This document shows, one piece after another, positions 12,537 through 21,504 of a stretch of 64,000 nucleotides of DNA; position 1 is the stretch's first letter, and the number at the start of each line of letters is the position of its first letter. The position numbers and the translations under genes were made by a program. The notes beneath the pieces are model-generated. The model was not told the origin of the DNA and made no database searches. It worked only from the letters and a program-made list of their open reading frames with translations. This DNA is from Convolutriloba macropyga (taxonomy: Eukaryota): contig NC_134472.1 of assembly GCF_964194025.1 (NCBI RefSeq), positions 16,616,001 through 16,680,000 on the forward strand. The letters are read 5' to 3'.

Positions 12537-12541
12537 CACAT

Positions 12542-12583
12542 CTGAAACAAGTTTTAAGTTCTTGCAACACGCATTGAACTAAC
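12542..12583 (-). other. Candidate 42-nt 5'UTR intron of SLC30A5
   Basis: Minus strand G|GTTAGT donor at 12583 and cttgtttcag| acceptor at 12542, 5 nt upstream of the main ATG. Confidence 0.45.
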
Positions 12584-12769
12584 CGATTGCTCCAAAAAAT
12601 TATTTTTTATAGCTAATTCCAGAAAAATTTTGCTGCTCGCTTCGTGAGCTCGATTTCACAAATCATCAAGACAATCGGATACATAATTTAAACTGCTTCA
12701 AAAAATTAAATCAGAACTAACTTAATCAGAGCCAACTTCATGAACAGTTTCGGTGAATCGCATACTTAG

Positions 12770-13437
12770 AGACTAGTAAAGCATAGGGCTCTAAGAGCGC
12801 TGCTCAGCCAACTTAATGCCCTCCGGACGTTACCTGTTTATTCCGTTTTTGAGGACGAAAAGTTAAATGGGTCAGACGAAAAATCGGTCAAGCAAAAAAA
12901 TCGCATGAAAATGACCGCAGGAGTAATAATATTGCTACACTCTTCGTTGGAGCGCAATTAAACAATCCAATAACATCGGCGAATTTCTCTCAATTAACTG
13001 TCGAGCGAGCGTTTCCGTTCGGTAGTAGCTAGCTCGGGCTTAGGGGGCCAGCATAACCTTGACTGAGAGAGGGAGAACCGAGGGAGCAGAAAAAGGTGTT
13101 CAGGCGGAAGTGAGGTTGAGGTCTGTATCGCGGATGGAGGTGTGAGTGTAGTCGGGGTGTACGGGCCGGCTGTGGGGGTAACGGAGCGAATAAGGGGGCG
13201 AGGTGATGGTCCAAACCGCCAAAATTGGCCTTCACGTCATGAAGTTGTCTTCTCAGCAGCTTAATTGAGGTTACACTTAGAGACTTAAAAAGCTCTGGGA
13301 GCGCTGCTCAGCGAATTTTGAGCCTCTTTGTGCTTTACCTGCTTATGACGTTTTCGGAGAAACAAAATCAAATGCTCCGACGAAGAAAAACAGGACCCAC
13401 ACAATTGCTACATACTTTGTTTGGCAGAGCAATTAAT
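12770..13437 (+). repeat. Two more copies of the hairpin-terminated dispersed repeat, flanking a GC-rich tract
   Basis: gagact..aaagc....gagcgctgctcagc.aa.tt...gcc....ttacctg.ttat..cgtttt at ~12770-12850 and ~13280-13355. Each ends in an ATTGC..GCAATT hairpin (~12930-12960, ~13403-13434). Confidence 0.5.
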
Positions 13438-13499
13438 GAAAACCTGCACTGCAATTTTGTAGAACTATAATCAAGCCGCAACTAGTCAGTATGCCGCAC

Positions 13500-15380
13500 A
13501 CAGCACCGCCATTGCTCAAACAATGCCATTTCTAAATGTGACTTTAAAACTCGATTGATTAAAAGGTAATTTTTCAAGCATTTCAGCTTTCCAGGCAGAT
13601 CTCACACCCTTAATTAATGGATAAGCTTCAATATTCCAATATATGATTCGATCCTCAGTAAAAAAGTAAGATAGAGCAGCAACTGAAAAAAGTCTTCTAG
13701 AAAATCTGATCCTGCCATACGGTTTATTGAATTCGAATACAACTTTAGCAACAAGAGAAACATCAAGGACCAAGTCGCTGATTGACTATATTATCTGCGA
13801 AAACTTCATGAGTTCACAAACCCTAGATTCTAATCTCAAAAGTGATCACTTAGCCACACTTACTTTAATTGGAGAAACCGTTAAAAAAGCCATAAAAAAC
13901 TGAGTACGATAAAACAAAGTGCTCTAAGGATGCTTCTTGCCTAGATGTCTGAAAAATAAAATGAAGCTCATTTTACACATCAGAAAATGCTAAAATCATG
14001 CATCAAACTTTTTGTTTGTCATTGGAAACGATAATTAAAAAACATGCACCACAAAAGACAGTCTTCATGTGCCATGACAAACCAAATTTAACGACACATC
14101 AATAATGGATTTCAAATACTACAGTAGAAAACTTTGCCCCGGTAACAGAATGTTTTTGTTCAAAGCAACAGAATTGTTTTGAAGCTGGAGAATGGAAAAC
14201 ATCTGCTGGGTGTGTTTCAAAACTTAAGAACTGCAAGAGATAGAAAGAAAGCTATGACCGAAATCAGAAATAGTAGAAATCTTCTTAAGCTACAAATGAT
14301 CAGCGTTAGGTGAACATTTTGGTAAAAAAAGGAACAGTATCAGTTCTGTAATAATACGACAGAACACAAAGCCGAACTTCTATGATTTCTGTTTAACCAA
14401 TTTCTACCATGACAATTTTCCTAGCGATCTTAAGCGTGCCCATGTGATGCCTCTTTTCAGAAAAAGACAATCCTGAAGTTCCAATAAATTATCGACCAAT
14501 TTCACTTATTACATACAGTTGTGGCGAAAAATATCAAATCCTTCCATAGCTTATTTAGAGAAGAAAAACTTGCTTGCACAAACACAATTTGGATACAGTA
14601 TTCGATATCAAATTCTATTCGTCTACACAAAACTAAACTTTTAGAATTTAGTGAACAACCAAATAAAATTATCAGCTCTTTTTTAGAATACCGTCTCCAA
14701 GGAGTCAAATACTCGAAAAAGGCATCAAGTTGGAAAGCACTTAACCCTGAAGAACAACAAGGTACTGTTTTGAGCCCACTGTTTTTCAATATATATGTAA
14801 ATGATATAAAACATGATACGGATGAGAATTCTAACAATCCAGTGCGCTGATAATACCTTAATAATTTGTAGTGAAAAAAACAAAATTACATCTCGAATAA
14901 AGCATTGCTAAACTCATTCTTTTTTAGAAAAATGAGTAAAATATAAATAAATGAAAAACCGATTTCATAGTTTTTGGAGCCCCTATAGGGAACAGAAGTG
15001 GAGAAATAGTCGTTAACGGACGTACAGTTCAAGAGAAAAAAGTTGTGAAATACTTGAGAGTTCACATTGACTGAAATCTTTCTTTTGATGAAGATGTAAA
15101 AAAAATGTATTAAGAAAAATGGCCGTTGCTATATAGGTCATTTACTCCATCTAAAAACCAGTTCCAGAGAATATTAGATGTTTAGCTTAATGCTCTTGTT
15201 TTAAGTCATCTGCATTAACCAATTTTTTGTTCCCAGTTCAGAAAAAAATCACTTCTAGTTACTCGAAATAAACAACTGAACCGGGGGATAAAGCATGTTT
15301 GAATAGAAATAAGTTCGACATGACCACAGATCTCGCGATCAAACAAAAAATTACCCGTAGAATTCCTGAAAGTATCGGGT

Positions 15381-15432
<52 letters not shown>

Positions 15433-15700
15433 ATATTTTTATATATATATATATATATATATAAGGATTCTAAAAGCAGATCTGCCAGCATTCGATGAAT
15501 TCAAGCTAACCACCGTTAGTGCAAAAATGAATGAACGTTCAAACAAGCGTTCAATTTGAGCAGAGCAAAACAACAAACAATGCAAATGTTTGTCAAAAAA
15601 GCAATTGACTGGCATAATGATTTACCTCTTTGCTTCAGGCACAAGAACCCCAAAAAGCGTGCTCTCAAAACTAAAATAATAGAAACATTTCTGGAATGAG
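13500..15700 (+). mobile_element. Decayed non-LTR retrotransposon (CR1/L2-type APE-RT)
   Basis: APE C-terminal remnants SLIDYII and SDH (~13775-13850). RT remnants NYRPISLL (~14487) and QGTVLSPLFFNIYVND (~14758-14805). Many stops and frameshifts; ends approximate. Confidence 0.8.
15384..15463. repeat. (TA)n microsatellite
   Basis: Nearly pure TA run of ~80 bp. Confidence 0.95.
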
Positions 15701-17197
15701 TTCATATAAGACCCAACGTTTTCGGAATTGAATTTTTTCTCAAATCGCTCAGGTTTAAACTTATTTAACTTAGTTTTTAGGGCGTCATTTACTTTATTAA
15801 ATAATAATTGTAGAATTAGCATTTCTTTCACTTTTCCTTTCCTCTCAAAATTGTTAATTGTGTATTTAGCATTTTTATATTTTTTCATCTTAAATTATTT
15901 TATCGCTCTTAATTTGCCGATATCTTTTTACGCGTTGTAAACTTAATACAATTTCAAACCTTGTCAATACGTGCTGTTTATTCATTTATAATTCTTAACA
16001 CTATATTGCCTTTTAACTATGTTCTGTCTTATTCAATAGTTCATACTCTAAGGAATTATCAACGACTTTTTTACATCGTCGAATAACACATCGTCGAAAA
16101 ATAAACAGAGAAGCAAAAATTATTGATGTTTATGCAGAACAACCTTTCTGGATGTAATTCGACAAAATGATCAAATCAACACCTCATCCATTTATGGCTG
16201 TTCTAAAAATCTGAACAGCTAAACTGCTAATTTGCTTCAATATTCTTGAAAATATTGGAGAATTATATCGATTACCGACTCTCGGGTATATAATATGGTT
16301 TGTAATAAATGCTGGTCCATATTTTTTCCTGCTCACAAAATAGCTTCAGATTAATGGCTTGTTTTCAAAATAAAGGTTTTAGAAAATCTGAAATACTAAA
16401 ATAAACCCGCCATAATTCGTTTATGTGTGCTCGCGTGAGTTCGCGCCGCATAAATTTAGATTTAAGAGTCGGCTACATTTAAAGATGAGGTCATACATCA
16501 AGCAAAAAATAATACGTTCAAAAACTTGTCGAGCCAATCTGTCCGTATTTTTGAAGTTTAGATATGAAATCTTTTTTGAGAAGTCATAAAAGCAACCTCT
16601 GAAATATTTAGAAACTAAAAATTGAGCTTAAATTGTCGCCAAAAGTCAGGCGAGAACTTTAGAACCATATAAAAGGAAAACAATCATTGATTGCATAGGT
16701 AAAATTCTTTATTTTCATAATTTCGTACAATGTTAGCAGGAATTAAAAACATCTGCTAGTTTAAGTTGTGTTTTGTGACTCGTAAAATGCAACGCTCAAG
16801 TTATTAGCGTTGAAATTTGACACAAAGCCGAAACAGAAAAGATCCGAGTTCTTTGATAGAACCTAATTCACTCTTTCATTTATTTATTCCATAGTAGAAT
16901 CGACCTAAGTATCACGTCAGTTACTGTAACAAATGACGTCATCCACACACAGACAATAATGTTTTTTTTCCAACTGTTGCTTTGAGCTTGTGGGGTGATC
17001 AAATGCCACATATTTTAAAAAACCATAAAATAAATTGATGTTAGCCTCCGGTATCCCTTCGAAACCATTTGTCAGTCACATGTAGAAAGATTTACATGTC
17101 AACTCGTGCATAAATCTGTTTGAACTTAAATACAATGGGAATAAAAAATAATTCTTCTTAAATGACGCTGAAACATACAGAACAACCAAAAAATGTT

Positions 17198-17773
17198 TTA
17201 AGAGCAAGATAATCGAAGTTTGAGATAATCTGTTTCAGAGCAATGCACCACTTCTTCCTTAAAATTTGATTCAAGATTTTTAGTCTCCCCGGAAATATCG
17301 AGAAAACTGAAATTTTCATTTTGTAGCGCAACTAACTCAGATTTCTTCAAATTTTCTTTCAAGACAATTTCAATCCTGAAACTTTCCGAATCGCCTGATG
17401 TCAGTCGAGGTAATTGGCTCAATTTGAGTAGATATGCTTGAAACATATTTTGAAGTTCAGTTACCCCGCTGCTTTTAAGTTGGTACTCGTTTCTAATTTC
17501 CAGCATGAATACCGTTAATTTTCTTATATCACTGCCCAGCTTGGAAACGATAACTATATTGAAAGATTCCAGAAAGTTTCTGCTGATCAATGGGATGATT
17601 TGATTAATGCTGTCGCTTATATAACGCGACAACTCTTCAAACAACGTTTTGTGTATCATAACGCCATATTTGTTTCTACGAGCAAAGGTACCAGCAGGGT
17701 AAACGGAATTCAAGAAAAGATAATGATTTGTCAGGGCATCAAAAAAGGCTGCTAATTCTGAATCCAATGACAT
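17198..17773 (-). CDS. MAD2L2: MAD2L2/REV7-like HORMA domain protein, 191 aa, no intron in CDS
   Basis: FFDALTNHYLFLNSVYPAGTFARRNKYGVMI...EELSRYISD aligns with the REV7 pattern [31 protein letters not shown]...ELNQYIQD; AYLLKLS and FRIEI also fit. ATG at 17773. Confidence 0.85.
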   Translation of the reverse strand: MSLDSELAAFFDALTNHYLFLNSVYPAGTFARRNKYGVMIHKTLFEELSRYISDSINQIIPLISRNFLESFNIVIVSKLGSDIRKLTVFMLEIRNEYQLKSSGVTELQNMFQAYLLKLSQLPRLTSGDSESFRIEIVLKENLKKSELVALQNENFSFLDISGETKNLESNFKEEVVHCSETDYLKLRLSCS

Positions 17774-17790
17774 CACTCAAACAAGACAGT

Positions 17791-17958
17791 CTAAAACAAC
17801 ATTTTCAAGGTCTATTTCATTATAGACACCTCACCCATCTTAGTGGTAATATAGAGCATGTCCCCCCTCCGATTACACCCGGCTATGCAAGAATAAGGGC
17901 GAAAATTTCCTGTGGGAAAGATCCAAATTCCCAATAAGCATTTCAAGTTATACCTTAC
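17791..17958 (-). other. Candidate 168-nt 5'UTR intron of MAD2L2
   Basis: Minus strand TG|GTAAGG donor at 17958 and gttgttttag| acceptor at 17791, 17 nt upstream of the ATG. Confidence 0.5.
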
Positions 17959-17987
17959 CAATACTTCATTCTGCCTTTGAAAACAAA

Positions 17988-18110
17988 ACGTGCAAGTTGA
18001 AAAGGGCACGTTTTCAACTTGCACGTCCTTGAGCTTCTTTGAGCTTCTTTGAGGTATCAAAGAAGCTCAAAGAACCACATACCTCTTGAGCTTCTTTGAG
18101 GTATGTGGTT
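17988..18110. repeat. Three consecutive perfect inverted repeats at the Penelope 5' junction
   Basis: 16-bp stem 17988-18003/18011-18026; 18-bp stem 18035-18052/18057-18074; 13-bp stem 18073-18085/18098-18110. Confidence 0.9.
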
Positions 18111-20708
18111 GCTGCTACCGAAGACGTGGCTCAGGTATATTTTGAAAAAATCAAACTGTTTCAAACTTTATCTTGATTACTTGAAATCTTTAAATAAGGT
18201 CACTAGCTGCAATTACCGAATTGAATTTCTAAAACAATGCCTTAACAATGATATAATTCCGGATTTTTTGAGGTTTCGCGCTCCTAAAAATGAAATTTTT
18301 TCTGAACAAGCGGTGCACAGTTTTCAATTAAAGCTCCTAAAACAAGAAATAAACCGTGCGGAGAAAGGCCGTAAAGTGTTCAGGGAAAAACTTGAGACAG
18401 ATAGGAGTAGTTTTAGGGAGAAGGTGAGACCAGAACTGATGCCATCCGTTGTTAGCTGCATTAAGCGTGAAATGAGGGGTCACTCCGCAATGGTTCAGAA
18501 CAGACTTAATGGAAAACTTGATAAACTGTCAGAGAGACAGGATAGACCACTGCGGAATGGCTCCCACAGTAATGTTGTGATAATGGATGGCCCGGAACTT
18601 CCAAAGTTTGTACTTGACATCCTATCGTTGGGACCTAAACACCCAGTGAGAGACAAGTTTAATGAGGTGCACTTTCTCGCAGATGTAGACAAACTTGTAC
18701 GTGAGATACGCGAGAATAACACTGAGGGTGAGAAACTTTGTGAAATTGAGGCGTCCGCAAAATGGTATGCAAAAAATGTACGTGAAACCCCATTGGATAG
18801 AGGGGTCAAAAAAGTGCATGATTACCTAAAAGCCAATGATTTGCTGGCGGTACCATTTGACAAAGGTTGCGGTTTCTGTGTGATGAAGAAGTCAACGTAC
18901 AGGGAAAAACTTGATGAGGTACTGAACTCAGATCAATTTCAAAAAATCGAAGTAGCTAAAGATGAAATTGTGATCAAAAATGAAAAACAGATCAATAAAT
19001 CCTGCAAAATTTAATGAAGCAAGGGAAAATTAGTGACAAAATTTATCAAAGACTCAGGTCAACAGGTTCACAACCAGCGAGGCTTTATGGCCTGGCAAAG
19101 GTACATAAAAAAGATACACCTCTCCGACCTGTTCTTTCAATACCGGGTAGCAGCTACGAAAACTTGAACAGATTTTTGACACCATTTTTCCAGAAACTAC
19201 CGGGCGCAAACATTGAAACCAACACGCAAGATGCTAGAAAAGCCTTAGAGTCTCTCACTCTTGAAGATGACGAGCAGATAGTATCTCTTGACGTAAAAAA
19301 TTTGTACACCAACGTTCCAGTTGGAGAGGCTATAGAAATTGCTCTAAGAGATCTCTATTCAAGCAACCTAGCTCCAGATATCCCAAGGTCCGCCATGAAA
19401 AGTTTGCTAAAGCTTGCGGTGACGAATGTTCATTTCAAATGTAATGGGATCTGGTATGTACAATCAGAGGGACTGGCTATGGGTGCATCACTAGCTGTAA
19501 TACTAGCAAATGTGTGGATGAAATCGTTTGAGGCATCACTTCAAAAACCAGAGCTCAGTAAAAACTTTTCCAGATGCGACCAAAACGGGAATTGCAAAGA
19601 CTGTAACCGGAGAGTGACCTACCGAGGAAAAGGAGTGGAATGTGAGTCATGCAAAAACTGGTTTCATGCAAGATGCCAAAAAATATCGAATGAGGAATAC
19701 GCCAACATGCAGGATGTGGTTTGGATTTGTACTTATTGCAGCAACCAACAGACAGTGGGACACGATAAGGAGATGAAATTGTTTAAAAGGTATGTGGATG
19801 ATATTATCTGCACGGTTCGTGGTGACCCGGATGAGTATTTAAAATTTGCAAATTCATTACACAACAACCTGCAATTTACCTTAGAAAAAGTGAACATGGA
19901 TGGGGGTTTGGCTTTTCTTGACATTAACGTAAATGTGAGCAGCAAAAATAATATCACCTGTCATTGGTATCAAAAACCAACTGACACTGGAATAATACTG
20001 AATTTTCGCAGCTGTGCACCGCTTCAACATAAGAAAAATGTGATTCAAGGGACGGTTCACAGGGTTTTTAATGCAACCTCTAATTGGTTGGCCTTCGATC
20101 AGGCTCTCGAAAAGAACAAATCTTGCTGGACCAAAAATCAATATCCAGAGGAATGGTCTTCAAAAATTGTGAATCAGACTCTAGAAAAAATAATAAGTGG
20201 CGGTAAAGACCAATTAAGAACAACACCAAAAGAGCATCAAAAAAGCAAGACTAAATCTAATGATAAGCCAACTATTTTTCTACAATACAGAGGCAACCTC
20301 ACTCAAAACTTCGCAAGCAAATTGAAGAAACTATGCGAATTGCAAGTAGTTTTTACAACGCGAAAATTTAGATCGTGCCTCCCCACCCTGAAATCATCCT
20401 TTGATAGAGATCTGAAATCCCACGTGGTATATGAAATTAAATGTAATGGATGCGGATCCATCTATGTTGGGCAAACAAGCCGGCATGTTACCACAAGGAT
20501 AACAGAACATCAAAAGAAGGATTCACAGGTGGGTCAACATCTAGTTGAATGTCGTGGCGCCACGAATGACATTGAATGGAGAATTCTGGACGCCTGTCGG
20601 TCAGTAGAAAAACTAATGATCATCGAAGCTATATATATCAGCAAGCTGAAGCCGGCACTAAACACACGCGACGAATATAGGGGGAGGGAACTCACGCTAA
20701 AATATTAG
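18103..20708 (+). CDS. Penelope-like polyprotein (N-terminal domain, RT with inserted PHD finger, GIY-YIG endonuclease); one frameshift near 19000
   Basis: PLE motifs LSLGPK, PFDKG, PARLYGLAKVHK..PLRP, SLDVKNLYTNVP, GLAMGASLAVILANVWM, RYVDD, FLDINV, YQKPT and GIY-YIG VVYEIKCNGCGSIYVGQT..R..EH. ORFs 18103-19014 and 19014-20708 join (NKSLQNLMKQ) if one C is restored at ~19001. Confidence 0.9.
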
Positions 20709-21059
20709 TTCAAATCATAATTTTGACTAAATGTGAATGCATAGGGCAAAAAGCATTTTGTGCATGACAAAACGAAATTTGCAAAACCTCCACAAGAGGG
20801 ATACTTATGGTTAGGGCAAATTCGGAATAACCCTAAAAATACAAGAACATGGACAAAATCGAAAAATCCGGAATAGGAATGTTTTTAAGTAAATTGATAA
20901 CAGATGTAAATATGTGTTGTAAATAGGCTAAATATTGTACATAAGGAAAAATTTTCGATTGAATTTTTTAGAACGTTTCCTAGAATTGTTTTAATTGTCA
21001 TCTCAGACAAATGTAAATACATATTCATTTTATCTTTTAACAATTTGTAAAACAGTTTT

Positions 21060-21096
21060 AACCTGACGATGAACGTAAAGTTCGAAAACGTTTGTT
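21060..21096 (+). ncRNA. Minimal type-I hammerhead ribozyme motif in the PLE 3' region
   Basis: AAC-CTGACGA-T-GAAC(GTAAA)GTTC-GAAA-ACGT-TT-GTT: conserved CUGANGA and GAAA boxes, 4-bp stem II, palindromic AACGTT stem III, short stem I (AAC/GTT). PLEs are known to carry such minimal hammerheads. Confidence 0.7.
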
Positions 21097-21299
21097 TTAA
21101 GTATTGGAAGTAATTTTAATTTGACAAATTGGTTTCTTTTACACAATTCACTTCTAAATTATGAATAATAAAATCTCGAAGCGCTGCGCGGTTCTCGAAT
21201 AATGCCCGACTGTCTCAGTGACTTCGCCAGAGTCACGTAAAAGAACGTTAAAGATTGAAACACTATTCATCGAAAAAACTTTGCAACGTCCAAATTTCC

Positions 21300-21433
21300 T
21301 GTTGTGATAGTCGTTATAAATAATCTACCATTCCTTGTTGTTATTCCTGCATTTGTTTATGTGTTTGATATCGTGTATCTTTCAGAACCAACGTTGAGTT
21401 AAAGCTTTAAGACAAAGCCTGTTTTCCACTACA
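21300..21433 (+). repeat. 5' LTR
   Basis: TGTTGTGATAG...TTCCACTACA, base-for-base identical to 25201-25334. Confidence 0.97.
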
Positions 21434-21434
21434 A

Positions 21435-21449
21435 TTTAACTCAACGTTG
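21435..21449 (+). promoter_or_regulatory. Primer-binding site complementary to the element's own LTR (self-priming type)
   Basis: TTTAACTCAACGTTG starts 1 nt after the LTR and is the exact reverse complement of LTR 21389-21403 (CAACGTTGAGTTAAA). There is no TGG of a tRNA PBS. Confidence 0.85.
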
Positions 21450-21504
21450 TGAATGCCATGAAGTTCAAGCCGCCACAACTTCCTTCAGGTCCGACTCCAG
21501 AACA

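Larger units (their letters stand above)
18030..21170 (+). mobile_element. Penelope-like retroelement (RT + GIY-YIG), near intact, with 3' hammerhead motif
   Basis: PLE-type ORF described below, an AT-rich 3' region, and a hammerhead core at 21063-21093. Boundaries approximate; no TSD identified. Confidence 0.9.

Noticed and set aside
12542-12551. Spliced-leader trans-splice acceptors before ZnT5 and REV7
   Set aside because: Plausible cis donors exist close upstream (12583 and 17958), so trans-splicing is not needed; not excluded without transcript data.
15299-15559. ORF with a YI repeat
   Set aside because: Translation of the (TA)n microsatellite inside a dead LINE.
18990-19016. Two-ORF stop-start (TAATG) organisation of the Penelope element
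   Set aside because: PLEs encode a single ORF, and restoring one C gives a continuous NKSLQNLMKQ; the TAATG overlap is most likely incidental.
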